A stretch of 63,096 bases of DNA, filler included, from Reticulomyxa filosa (Eukaryota > Protista > Foraminifera): assembly GCA_000512085.1 (NCBI GenBank). It is 20 parts of 20 records of this genome, joined end to end, with 100 filler letters (N's around TTAATTAATTAA, not from the genome) between each part and the next. Parts side by side here need not be neighbours in the genome. Positions count along the whole stretch, not along the records: positions 1 to 2,307 come from ASPP01017835.1; positions 2,408 to 4,243 come from ASPP01023011.1; positions 4,344 to 5,343 come from ASPP01039738.1; positions 5,444 to 8,617 come from ASPP01021701.1; positions 8,718 to 9,860 come from ASPP01039741.1; positions 9,961 to 11,106 come from ASPP01042334.1; positions 11,207 to 12,713 come from ASPP01002328.1; 13 more parts are not named here. One strand, written 5' to 3'. Below are positions 1-12,813 of the stretch, piece by piece (within the stretch, counting starts at the first letter, position 1; each line of letters opens with the position of its first letter). Below the pieces are notes generated by a model. It was not told where the DNA came from. It worked only from the letters and a program-made list of their open reading frames with translations, and did not search any database. The translations under genes were made by a program, and so were the position numbers.

Positions 1-123
1 CCCCCCCCCCCCCCCCCCCCTTTTTTTTTTTTTTTTTTTTTTGCATGTTTCATATGCATGTGCTATTATGTCTTTGCATGCCAAGTTGCAAATTGACCAA
101 AACAAACAAACAAACAAACAAAG

Positions 124-797
124 GTAATTGAAGAACTCAAACGAGTGTTTCGGGTGGTCACCGTGGCAATGTCTCTTCTTGTCGTTCACGTCATCATGGA
201 CAGCATATTTGTCAAGATTTGCTCCTATCAATATTTCATTGCCGTGTTTTCGGGTGGTTTGTTAATCCAGGCCACTTTGTATTGGAACACCAGAATTGGT
301 TTGTTTGTCTATTTGTTTTCTTGTTTTTTTTATTATTATTATTTTTTAAATCATTCTCTGGTTGTCTATTTCTTTCGTTTGTTTGTGGTATCATTTGTGT
401 AGCAACCTATTGGGTTATGCAAAAATTTAACCACTTATTCGACTCCTCGTTTCGTACAACTTTTTTTTGTTTTTGTTTTTTGTTTTTTTTTTTTTTTTTT
501 GTAAAATAAAAATAATAAAAAAAAAAAAAACAAACAACAACAACAACAACGACAGCAAAAAAAAAACAAACAAAGTATATATATTTGAACAGCACATCAG
601 TGCAAGAGGTGGACCATCTTTTGAAGTATGACGACAAAGCGGTGTTGCAAGGCAATTCGTCACAAGGGCACTCGAGTAGGTCAGGGCCTGGTCTCTCACT
701 CGTTCAAGTGATCAGCAGTGAAAGAGGATATGATCTATTTATGAAACATTTGGCCACCGAATTTAGTATGGAGTGTTTAAGTTATTGCAATTATATA

Positions 798-833
<36 letters not shown>

Positions 834-1870
834 ATATGTATGTATATATATAATAAGAGTAATACTTATGCTTAAATGTAGGCAGTGTAACCGAGTTTCT
901 ACATTATCAACAGTATTTCTATGACGAATACTTTGTGCGTGTGGACTCGTTTGATCCGAAGAAACATTTGCTGAAATACAACCTCGGATCGAGTGTGATT
1001 GAAATTCCTTCGCAAGTGCCGAAGTCGTATATCGTGTATTTCACGGCGGTGTCGAATGACGTGTATCCGCAACTGAACAGTCTGTCGCCACATACGATTA
1101 CGTACAATCGTGCCATGAAGAATTTCTTCAAAGGCAGAGGACACTCTCCAAACGAACAATCCAAATCGACGACGACGACCACGACGACAACGACGACGAC
1201 AGACCAGTCCAAAGGCATCAAAACTCCTTTGAATAAGCGCAAGCACTTTCCAATGGAAATGAAAGCTGATTACTTCGACATTCCTCTCAGTGTCGACTTC
1301 CAAAGTCAAAACGACATCCAAACGATTGGCATCACTACCAATAAGAAGAACAACGACAACGACGAAAACAACAACAGCGACGAAAAGGTCGATCTTAATC
1401 ACGAAACTGTTAATGTCAGTGCTAACAATCAACGACAAACAAAAGTCAAAAAAGTTAACAAAATTGCAAGTGGCAATGATTTGTACGTTGCCGAAAATGA
1501 ACTTTCGACTTACTTATTGGACCAATCCAGTGAAGAACTCATCGTCAGATTTCGGCAAATTTCATTTGGCTTGTTTGACAAGTATATCAACTCGAGCAGT
1601 TGTTATGAACTCAATATTCGTGGCGAAACTCGAAAGAAATTACATTCCAAAATGGGAGATCGTAAAAAATGGTTCGCTGGGAAAGACGAAGATATCATCA
1701 AATTAACTGCTTATGACTATCTTCATTTGTTTGATGACGCCTGCAAAGAAGTTTTTCAACTTTTGCAAGACTCATTTCGCAGGTTCCAACAAACCCTACC
1801 TTTTAAGGCACTTTCACAAACTATTTATGCTCATCCCGACAATCATTTAACTATTACCACTGGACTGTAA
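124..1870 (+). CDS. Membrane-anchored (7TM-type) RGS protein, 5'-partial; exons 124-298, 403-448, 593-780, 882-1870
   Basis: Spliced at GT-AG sites: last TM helices, then RGS box LSLVQVISSERGYDLFMKHLATEFSMECL...LFDKYINSSSCYELNI...LFDDACKEVFQLLQDSFRRF; same intron positions as paralog at 22254-24823. Confidence 0.85.
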
Positions 1871-2307
1871 TATTTTGCTGTTCTTTTTTTTTCCTCCTTA
1901 CACTATCTATTTTTTTCAAGATGTTAAACATGTGATGACGTTATCCGTTCTTGAGAAAAATGTCCAACTCGACAACTATTAACATCATATTTCAATTTAT
2001 TATTGCAACTTACGTTTACTGTTTTGAACCCAAAGCTTTAAGACTGTATTGTATTTTGTTTTTTTTCAGCAAACAATGAATTATAAACACAAAACCTTTT
2101 TCAAAAAGAATCTAGCTGGTTGTAGAAAATCATCTTTTTTTGACAACAATACTAATATAAATTCTTTTGAAGGACAATGTAAAAAGACATTTTGATCAGA
2201 ACAATAATAAATCATTCACAAAAGTGGTACGAATATAAATTGAAAAAATTAACGAACAAATTTTAATAATTTTATATTTAAAATAAAACATAAAAAAAAA
2301 ACATTAA

Positions 2308-2407
2308 NNNNNNNNNNNNNNNNNNNNNNNNNNNNNNNNNNNNNNNNNNNNTTAATTAATTAANNNNNNNNNNNNNNNNNNNNNNNNNNNNNNNNNNNNN
2401 NNNNNNN
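2308..2407. other. Artificial contig-joining spacer (first of 19)
   Basis: N44-TTAATTAATTAA-N44 with stops in all six frames; identical spacers start at 2308, 4244, 5344, 8618, 9861, 11107, 12714, 15272, 17859, 19247, 26100, 34722, 39815, 41732, 51329, 52528, 54483, 59855, 61628. Confidence 0.98.
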
Positions 2408-2951
2408 GATGATTATGATAATGATATGACGAAAATTTCACACAATACGCAGAATTTGAATGTCCATTGAATGATTGAATTTGTTTGTTGTTATCAACAT
2501 CCCATACACGAACTGTTTGATCATTTGATCCAGAACAAATGAATTGACAACCATTAAATGTCGAATAATCAATGCTCCACACAGTGTTGGTATGTTCAGT
2601 GAATGTATTGATTAATTTGGATGATGAACGAAATGTTTCAAAAATAAAGACAGTAGATACCTATGTTAAATAAACATTTGAGTATTTTGATTTTCATTCT
2701 AAAAAGAAAGAAGAGCAAATGAACTAACATAATTGACAACGAGTATGTCAAGCTCGTTAATCCATCCAAATTTGATTTCCAATATTCGAATCCAATGTTG
2801 TACGATTACTTGAATCTTTTCTTCTTCAGACTGTTTAAATCACGAATTACATACAATAAATAAAATGATAAAAGACTTTTTGAAAGCTTGTAATAAATTT
2901 TACCAACGCTAGTTGTATTGAAGTTCGCTTCTCATTGCTAAGAGTTGTCAT
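2408..2951 (-). CDS. WD40-repeat protein of expanded family, 3'-partial, spliced
   Basis: ATG at 2951 (MTTLSNEKRTS..), N-terminal exon QHWIRILEIKFGWINELD, blades VWSIDYSTFNGCQFICSGSNDQTVRVWD; colinear with 33068-34481. Confidence 0.85.
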
Positions 2952-4965
2952 TTTGTTTTTTTGCTAAGATCGCTTTTGACGATGTAAAATGGATGATATT
3001 GAGCTTTTTTTTTTCAATGATAATGAAAGGGGTTTTCAAAAATATTTGGCAACATGAAATAGGATTTTGACCGTGTATGTAATTTTTTTTTCAATGACAA
3101 GAAATTTTTTTAAAAAGAATTTATCCAAACTAAGTATGTACGTGTATTACAAGTTTCATTTTCAAAAGATTTTCAACAAAAACTTTGGAAATAGTGTTTT
3201 GTAGTTTTTGAAAAATGTTTGGAAAAAAAAGTACATCGATGTTGAAACGAAGATGTAATTTAACACATCTTTTATAAATTTTAAATGTGCTTTGTTCCTT
3301 GTTTTTAAATTGATTATTGATTTGCCTGTGTTCTTCAATTTATTAGTTTTGATTTTTGATTTTAATTTGTTCTTTGCTTGAATATTGTATTGACAATATT
3401 TATATCCATTGATTTATTTTCTTTTCTCCAATTATTTTTTATCATTTCGTTTGTTATTTCATTTGCCTAGAGTCTCTTTATATATTCCATTGGATGTAAT
3501 TTTGGATAATACTTTTTCGAATATCATTACTTTTTATTTCAATATTATTTTATGAATATTTTTTTATATTATTTTGTTTCAATGATTTTTTTATTATCAT
3601 TGCAAATCAGATAATCTTAAATATGCATCTTTGAGTTCTTTTACATTACAAAAAAAAATACATAAAACTTTACTGAAAATTGTTTGCAAATTCAAGTTAC
3701 ATTTAGTTAATATGTTGATTACAAATTGACTATATTTACGAAAGATTTGAAAGACTCAATCTAATTGTTGGATGAAATCCTTTTTTTCCATAAAATTATT
3801 TAAAAAAAATAAAATGGTAATTTTCATTAAAAACAATCTTACACAAAAAAAAAAAATCAGTTCTTATGCTTTTGAATTAACTTGACTTGTTTAGCATAAT
3901 AAGTAAAAACAAAGGAAATAGTAGTCAAAAACTATCATACCTTCACAATGTACAAACTTTGAAAATAACATTAAATTCTGCAAAAAATTTTTTTGGTTAA
4001 CAAAAAAATTGCGTTTTCTCAAAAACTACGCATTTTTTTTGCAAATATCTACGCATTGGGACTTTCTGAAAATGCTTTAAAAAAAGTTATCAAGTTTCAT
4101 GGTTACGACGTAGGCACGATTGTCAATTTTTTCTCGAAAATTTTCAAAAATGAATAAAATATTCAAATTTTTTAAACAATTAGGAAAAATGTAATAAAAA
4201 ACCAAAATGATATTTAAAAAGTACACGATTTGTAGATATTTTTNNNNNNNNNNNNNNNNNNNNNNNNNNNNNNNNNNNNNNNNNNNNTTAATTAATTAAN
4301 NNNNNNNNNNNNNNNNNNNNNNNNNNNNNNNNNNNNNNNNNNNTTCAATTTGAAATTTATTTTTTGTATATAAAAATATCCAAGTAAATTATTGGTAAGA
4401 AGCAAGCAATGCACGAGATTCAATGATTGCAATCAGCCAACAATGACTGCTTTCATTATATGGTTCAATTCAACTACTGTTCCATTGTATCGAACTTTTG
4501 TGCCAATACCAATATCTGGAATTATCAATGCAAATGAATAAACATGTTTCGTTGTTTGCATACAACTCACATGGATATACAATTCAATCTGCTTTACTTC
4601 TATAACACAATAATGCGCTTCTGACAGCTTCTCGTGCTCTATACTCAATAAAAGCTTTTCCTGGAAACCAACGTAATTCCATTAATCAAAAATTTACCTG
4701 TCAAAAAAAGAATGAACAATGAGCAACTTACGCTTCCAAGCTATTTCTGCTTGCGAATTGAACATTACACTCAAGACAAGGCCAAATCCTGTATCCAAAT
4801 ATCGCCGTCAAAAGGAAAAAGATTAATCGGCTGAATTAAATTCGAAACAAGTAATTATCTTTATCTTTCTTCAATAATTTACAAATTTGTGTTTTATTCA
4901 CGTATAAGTAAATTTGAAACAAACAAAAAACTTTATTTAAGTGAAAGTGTATTGTTATTAATAGT

Positions 4966-5300
4966 TTGCTCAAAGTAGAGTCGGCATATAATACGTATTC
5001 CATTGCTGACCATATCTTGACTGAATCAAAAGCGAATTGTACTGGCACTGTTAATGACCATCTGAGTGCATCAGGCAATAGCACCACTCATATTGCTTCC
5101 TCTCCAAATTGTGTTGCACATGCAGTCAATCTTGGACTTATTAGTGCGGCTTGCAGACAAATGAATCGGAATCAGGTTCGTCAATCTTGGGATTGGCTTC
5201 ACAAATTGGTCAATTGGCATTTGAAAAACAATTTGCAATCACACTGCCGGTCTTGAAATGTGACTCGTATCACGAGTGACTACAGGGGATGACAAAGATA
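4966..5300 (+). mobile_element. Possible decayed hAT-type transposase fragment
   Basis: NCVAHAVNL resembles the hAT CxxH-x-x-NL motif; after an in-frame stop NVTRITSDY resembles the hAT TRWxSxY motif. Confidence 0.35.
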
Positions 5301-5488
5301 GCATGCTCTATTTGAAGGTATATATTATTTGTATCATATTTTCNNNNNNNNNNNNNNNNNNNNNNNNNNNNNNNNNNNNNNNNNNNNTTAATTAATTAAN
5401 NNNNNNNNNNNNNNNNNNNNNNNNNNNNNNNNNNNNNNNNNNNTACAACAAACGTATTTGCAAATTTCTTGCTTTTTTTTTTTTTTTG

Positions 5489-5521
<33 letters not shown>

Positions 5522-7502
5522 CATATATGTAAATAAATAAATATATACATCTTTATATACTATATGTGGGTGCTTTATGCATTGTAAACTTATTCTGTCT
5601 GTGATATATGTCAAGTCCAAATCAAATCCATCTTCTTTAAATCTTCTCTTCTTTCCGGAGACCATCTTTTTTAGTTGCGTGCGTTATTTGAGGAAGGAAA
5701 AAGGGGGTAAGAAAAAGCACAACGGTCCGAACATCAGAAAAAAAAAAAAAATAGTACACAATGTAGAGGAGATAGTCCAATATACAGTGCATTTTTTTAA
5801 AAAAAATCACGTTTCTTTACCTCTTTGAACAAGTCTCCTTTTTTTTTGTTTGTTGAAATTTGTGTCTTGTCAACCGCCCCCATTTTCGGCTTTTTATTCT
5901 TGTCTTTGTCAGTCGCCATAATATCTTTTTACCCCTGATCACGAATTCAAAGAATTTAAATTTTGGAGGGATGTTGTTCAATGGAACGACAAATAGTTTG
6001 AGTTCCACTTTAAGTTCTTTACCGTAAATCGGTTTCTTTGTTTTCAAGACCTTTCGAAATACTGCTTTTTTGTAGTGAAGTAAACAAAGTCACAGTTTCC
6101 AGTTTAGCTCTGAAATCTTGTTATGAATACGTTTAATTCACTCGCTATGATTCCAACAAAAAAATAGCTCTTTTTGCAAAATAAACACAAAGAGTATGAA
6201 CACCAATTCGAAAGATCAAATGTAAGAAATTACTGACTTGTATATCTTGATGTGTGAACTGTTAAAGATTGTGTTTAAAAAGTATTTGGGGCGGTATATT
6301 TCTTAACTGACTAAAAGAAGAATTAGCTTTCGTCACAAAGTCTTTCTGTTTGTAGATTCTTCGTAATGTTAACTTAAAATATCTTCAAAAGGCAATATGA
6401 ATGATTTGAATTAGCAAACTTGAAGGTCAGCAACTTTGCAAAAATAACAATTATCATTTTAATGATGTTATACTAATTTATAATTTCATTTTATTGTATG
6501 CATTTATGTTATTCTATTTGTCTAATAAACACAACATCCAAATGTTTGAATATAATTTGACTATAGTCCAATTATGCTACAATTGCCAAAAATGATTTTT
6601 TTCTTGTACAACTTGATAACAGACTAAATCTGGTTTGATATTGACTTGCTTGTTTTGTTTTTATGCTGAAACTATACAAATTTACAACAATTTACATTTT
6701 CGCCACAAACAACTAGAAATGATTTCGATATCATTGTCCTAATAACAAAAAATCTTATCACAAACAAAATAATTTTTCAAAATAAAAAGTGTAATTCAAT
6801 ATCACGATAATGGTACTTGGTTTTGTATACTAACAAATATAATTACTATAACAAAAAAATTAATATTATCAGTCACACTCGCCACTGGCAACAATTTTTC
6901 AAAATAACATATAATTTTGAAATCTAAATATATAGGGGGGTGGTGCCGAAAAACTGCACATTTATCACACTTTTTAAAAAATGATTATTCGTAACGATAA
7001 AATTAGTAAATTGAGTTTTCACTTTATAATTAAAAAATATATTGACAAAGTGAAAATTCAAATAATAGTAAGATTTTTTATTCATAAAATTTGATATTAC
7101 TTGGACCATTTGAATAAACAGAAAATATTTCGACAAAAAAGAAAAGTATAGCTGCAAAATTTTAATTTATTCTGCGAGCGAATTATGAAGCGTTCCAATT
7201 ATTGAAAGGTAGTTCATACATTATAAGTCGACGGATTGCACGGAAAAAAAGTAAAAGAACAGAAAGGATTTTTTTTTAGACGAATGGGTGGAGGAAAATT
7301 CTACTCTTCCTCGCTGTCTAATTTATTTAATTAGGCTATCGCAGAATTAATATTTTTCTTTAGCTATTGTTCTTCACATTTTATTAGCTTAGTATTTGAG
7401 AGTAATAACAGTTGTAATTGACAACTCGCGTTGTCCGTCAGTTTGTGTAAAGTCTGTAAGTTGTAACAAGTTGAAAGAAGTAAAAAAAAAGAATTGAAAG
7501 CG

Positions 7503-8192
7503 ATGTCCCAACAAACGCCAAACTACGGTCAAGCAATGAACATGCAGCAATTTGGAATGAACATGCCTCAGCCATTTCTCCAATTGAGTAATGGTAACAC
7601 GCAGTCTGTGTTATTTCCAAATGGATATCAAGGAATAAATGGTGGAAACGAATCAATTAGCGTGGAGAGCAGCAGTGCACAAAACACGAGCAAGTACTCG
7701 AAATCAGTAAATGGAATGGGAATGAATGGGAACGTGGTACTTACGAATTTCAATGCAAATGCAATGCATCCACATCAAATGAGTCGACATAGTGTCAGTA
7801 ATAACAATGGTAATATCAACACCAATACCAATACTAACATCAATGCCAGTGTGAATATCAATAGCAGCAATAACATTACAAATACAAATACAAATAATAA
7901 TAATAATAATAATAATAGTAATAATTTGACAAATCGAGTCAAGTCACTGAGTGCAGAAGAGATGAGAAATTTGAATGAGTGGTATCCAATTGAACAACGA
8001 CTCCACGTAAAAGACATACCAATGCCAGAAGGGTGTGATGAGAATGATTTGCTGTTGTTTGAGAAAATTCCTCCCGGGATTAGGGAAGGTTTAATTTCTT
8101 GTTTTTATCGCAAGCATTGCTTCGCGATATTTAACGAGTTGAAGCGTTTCATTGTTTCAGGGTATGTATGCGTGTGTATGTGTATGTGTATA

Positions 8193-8229
<37 letters not shown>

Positions 8230-8617
8230 AAGTGAGTGAGTGAGTGAGTGAGAAGGAGAGAGAACGGAATCCCAAGTGTTTGTGTACGTACACTTCACTG
8301 ACTGCAAACTCACTTACATACTCGGCACTATGTCCACACACACAAAAAAAAAAAGAGAGGAATGGTCTTGCTTTCCACCACGGAATTCATTTGAACGAAT
8401 GCTGATCCATCAAATTGCTGGGGAGTTGAATTTACGACACAACGTGGACAAAGCACCGAACGAGCGAGAGTCGTTCTTGAACGCCATTAAAATCTCCCGT
8501 GTTCCCACTTCTTCAAGAACCACGTTCAGTTGTCTTGCAGTTTTTTTCCCCTCCCTCCCTCTCTCCTCCCCTCTAGAAATTCGAGCTGATCATAAGAAAG
8601 TGGACAGTCTAAAAAAA
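7503..8617 (+). CDS. R3H-domain RNA-binding protein with N/Q/M-rich N-terminus, 3'-partial; intron 8162-8355
   Basis: FPPRNSFERMLIHQIAGELNLRH contains the R-x3-H motif; phase-consistent GT-AG intron; Asn-rich low-complexity region. Confidence 0.8.
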
Positions 8618-9960
8618 NNNNNNNNNNNNNNNNNNNNNNNNNNNNNNNNNNNNNNNNNNNNTTAATTAATTAANNNNNNNNNNNNNNNNNNNNNNNNNNN
8701 NNNNNNNNNNNNNNNNNAAAGGAAAGACAAAAAATAAACCTGGCTGCAACTGTACCATGCTTGCAATACTTTTATAAGCAATGATAAAGAACTTTAAAAA
8801 GACCAAGCTGAAAGAATAAATCAGGACTGCTTTCTTTCAATAGTTTAGAACCTTTCCTCCTAGCTGTGGACAGTTTGATATTGTAATATAAGGAACTTAT
8901 ACAATATTTCAATACAGCCTTTGTGCTTGGCTACTAAATGCATCAGCCAATATCCAAAGTTCTACTATCCAAAACTTGGCAAAAATCAAAAAAAGAAACT
9001 AAAGCTAATTAGTCGTTGTTTTGTTGAAATAGAAAGAATATATTTACACAATTTTCTTTTTGTTTAATATGAAAAATTCAACATATGTAAAATAATATAC
9101 AAGAGTAAACAAGAGAAATGAATGTTCGTTAATGTTGCGTGCGTTACAGTGAATAAGTTGAACGTTGGTGTAGGAATATTGAGACGACTAACTATAATAC
9201 GAAAGGAATTTAGTTGCAAAAAGCGACTTCAGTAAAGGGAAATTAAATTAACAGAAATAATTTCACAATAAAGGAAAACAATTAAAGAAGACACAAAAAT
9301 GAGTTGAGTTGTGAATAGGGTTATAACCCACCGTTCCATTAGTATTTGAGATTGTATAATAGGTGCTTGCCCTACATTGGTTTGGCAAAATTATTCGAAT
9401 GTTCCCATATACCAAGCACAAACATAAAAAAATAAGAATATTTATAGTTTCTTGACAACACTTTGTCAAGATGATAATATATTTTTTGTCTGAATTTTTG
9501 TTGATACAGTTGACACAAAACAGATATGTTTAGCATTCAAATAACTTATATTTATAATTGATGAATAAAAATTTTGTATTATTTGTCCGTTTTGTCAATT
9601 ATTTTCATTTAACAATTATAGCACAAGCATACAAAACGATTGTCTAATGAAAAAATTGCATTATATATGTATATTGATAAAATATATTGGTGTAGTAATA
9701 TCTTGATGATAATATTAAAAAATATAATGTAAATTTGTTATATATGTATATATATATTTTCGTCTAACAATAAAATTATTTGATTGTGTTATCATTCTGT
9801 AATGCAAAAATCAATTATTATTATTATTTTTTTTTGAAAGATAAAATGAATAAAATATTTNNNNNNNNNNNNNNNNNNNNNNNNNNNNNNNNNNNNNNNN
9901 NNNNTTAATTAATTAANNNNNNNNNNNNNNNNNNNNNNNNNNNNNNNNNNNNNNNNNNNN

Positions 9961-10070
9961 AAAAAATTTCAAAATTTTGTTAAAAATTACTAAAGATACA
10001 ATGCTAATCTTTTTTTAAAAAGTATCTAAGTGACTTGAAGATTACTAAAATGAAAACAAAAAGATTTAGT
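9961..10070 (-). repeat. Internal segment of TA|CAGT repeat family
   Basis: Reverse complement taaatctttttgttttcattttagtaatcttcaagtcacttagatactttttaaaaaaagatta nearly matches 51266-51328. Confidence 0.75.
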
Positions 10071-10714
10071 CCATAAATATTTTTAAGTCAGTTTTTATAT
10101 TTGATAAATAATGTCATCTCGTAATAAAAGACATATTCCTGTTTAAAGACGCAGCTTTTATAAATTGTAATAATAAAAATATATAATTTACATTAAAAAA
10201 GAGAAAATTAAGCTTTGAACAAGGCATTCACAATAAATATGAAGTAGCAAGGAAGAAAAATCAATGTCAGATGATAGTTTCATTTACTTACATACTAAAA
10301 ATAAATAAAAGTCAACACATTGCTTTGTTTCAACTTTTTTCATTGTTTTTTTTGTTTTTTACATACTTATGAACACATTGAACTTTTGTTACACTTTTTA
10401 TTCTTTTATTATTTTCGAATGAAAAATTTAATGATTTCCACGTAGTTTCTCATTGGCCACAGAACATTTAACATATTTTAGCTTTTTTTCTGAAAAATAT
10501 GTTCGATTATATCGAAATATACACTTGTACACTATTTAAATTGAAAAGTTTGAACGCAAACATTGAAAGAGTATAAAAGTTTGTTTGCAATCAAAAATAA
10601 AAGTAACAAGTCTCTCAATCCAATTCTTTGTCGTGAAATTAATTGGTGTTGAATTTCGAACGTACAAAGAATACATTAGTAGTACTTGTGTTTTAAAAAA
10701 ATTATTTTTTTAAT

Positions 10715-11039
10715 TTAAAGCCTACAAATATACGACTGGCTTCGCGTAATGTACCGAACCCAGAGATAAGGGCTGTAGCCCTTATCTGGTTGAACTACAC
10801 GCACATATCGAATTTGCAAATTGGACACATTGTACATGGGAATTTCAAAATTCATGCTTATGGGTCCAATGACCTTACGAGCAGAGTCATTTTTTTGCTG
10901 TTCTTGAAAGGTGATGTTAATAGGTAAAGCCAGTTCAGAACCTCCACGAACTTTGTTAATGTTCCATATCACTTTGCGACTTTTTAAGTCAAATTCAACT
11001 TTTTGGCCACTCATACTTGAGCTCAGGACTGGAGTTACG
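10715..11039 (-). CDS. AP4M1: Adaptor complex medium (mu) subunit, last exon, most similar to AP-4 mu
   Basis: VIWNINKVRGGSE...IGPISMNFEIPMYNVSNLQIRYVRV...YSPYLWVRYITRSQSYICRL is the mu-homology domain C-terminus; the ending matches the AP-4 mu type. Confidence 0.8.
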
Positions 11040-12129
11040 CTAAGATTGAAACAAATATCAAAACAAAAAGGGGGGTGGGGATCCTTGTTCAAAAAAAAAA
11101 AAAAAANNNNNNNNNNNNNNNNNNNNNNNNNNNNNNNNNNNNNNNNNNNNTTAATTAATTAANNNNNNNNNNNNNNNNNNNNNNNNNNNNNNNNNNNNNN
11201 NNNNNNAGTTTGAAGGAGGTTGTTTTGTGTATGTATTTTTTTTTTTTTTGTCATATTGAGTCCTTTAGTTTTAGTTGGTTGCTGCTTGCTGCACTTGAAC
11301 TTTTTTTGGTATTTGATCCCTGTTTTTGTTTTTTTTTTTGCGTAGGTTTGACTTTATCGCATTGTGTTTTTTCTTTTTTTGGCCATAAGCACTTTCATCT
11401 GCCCATGCTTAAACTTTACAAAAGTTTGGTGAATTGTCTCTGTTTTTTCATCCTTGTTGCTTTTGAGCTCAACTATGTTAAAAAGCAACTCCTTACCTAC
11501 TAATTAACTTTTATTGTGGAAACTTGCAGCACTGCCCTAAATTTTACCTGAACGAAAGAAAGCAGAATAATTGGCAAGGCTTTTTCAATTTTTTGCAGTT
11601 GAGAAAATTAATATGTTCATTATCCGCTTAAATTACAAAAGTATTGTGGTATTTGCGCACTTAAATTTGATTACAAATACATTGAATCTGAAAATTGTTT
11701 TAACTCTGAAAAAGTGGTTACCATAATATATACTTTGTTTCAATGAACAAACTCCTTCATTTGTCTTTGGAATTAAACTAATTTTCTTAGTTGTCTCTAA
11801 ACAAGCACACATGTCAACACAAGTTAAGTGTTTAGCTTTTATTAATGTCGGAAAAAATTCGAGGAAAAACTGTGACAAAAGTATGTGATGATAAAAAAAT
11901 GAAAGTAAGAGCTCCCTTTTCTCTCCAAAACGCCTTTTGACAAAAACTCTTATTTTCGTATTACACTTGTAAATAAAAAAAGGCAACACGGGAAAAACAA
12001 AACACATTACACAAATGACACATTAGTCGAAACTCAAGACAAAAAATTTTTTCAATCGTGTGCTCATTTCTTCTAAAAGCACAAACCAAAAAACAGCAAA
12101 TTTAGGCAAAAACTCGCAAATTGAAATCC

Positions 12130-12480
12130 CAACAGCCAGTCACGTAGCATTCACCAAGGTCAATAGCAAATACATAAATTAAAAAAAAACAAACTCAACT
12201 TTATATTTAAGTTTTCCTCCGTTTGTATTTGTGTCTATTTTCCAAACTACTATCAAAGATAACGTGTTATCCAAACAGCCACTTGTAATATAATCATACG
12301 ATGATGAAAAAGCACAAATCATAATCCATGTGCTGTTCCAAGTTATTGCCAATTGCTTGTTTCCTCTTAATCCCATCTTGTGAGGCTGTCACAGTGACGA
12401 CTACCTGAACCCCAACGTACGCACAAATCTTTACAAAGTGCTGAATAGCTTTCGTTGTTTGGATTCATATACTTTCACTT
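12130..12480 (-). pseudogene. Heterotrimeric G-protein beta subunit pseudogene fragment
   Basis: Frameshifted pieces HFVKICA/RWGSGSRH/TASQDG and NKQLAITWNSTWIMICAFSSSYDYITSGCLDNT align to G-beta [24 protein letters not shown]...[32 protein letters not shown]. Confidence 0.75.
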
Positions 12481-12524
12481 CAGTATTTCCTGCGAGATCG
12501 AATAATCTACTAGGCCTGCTTCTA

Positions 12525-12713
12525 CAGTATGTTGCAAAGAAAACTGAACGCCTAAAACATATATTATGATGATAATTGATTTTCTCAATGAAAAATCAAC
12601 ATTTAGACCTAATTTTTTTTAAAAAAATATCTACAAGTCTTGTAGTTTTTAAATATGATATTGATTTTTTAATAACTTTTTTTTTGTTAGATGAAATCAA
12701 CATTCTTTCAAAT
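12525..12713 (+). mobile_element. Terminus of dispersed repeat / putative non-autonomous Tc1-mariner-type element (copy 1)
   Basis: TA|CAGTATGTTGCAAAGAAAACTGAAC... near-identical to 51017 and 63026; the contig breaks inside it. Confidence 0.75.
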
Positions 12714-12813
12714 NNNNNNNNNNNNNNNNNNNNNNNNNNNNNNNNNNNNNNNNNNNNTTAATTAATTAANNNNNNNNNNNNNNNNNNNNNNNNNNNNNNN
12801 NNNNNNNNNNNNN

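Noticed and set aside
3930-4243. Possible second repeat family at a contig end (also TA-GGGGGGTGGTGCCG near 6933)
   Set aside because: No second copy or inverted terminus visible in the window
8718-9860. Contigs 8718-9860 and 17959-19246 as gene-bearing
   Set aside because: Only short AT-rich ORFs with no recognisable motifs
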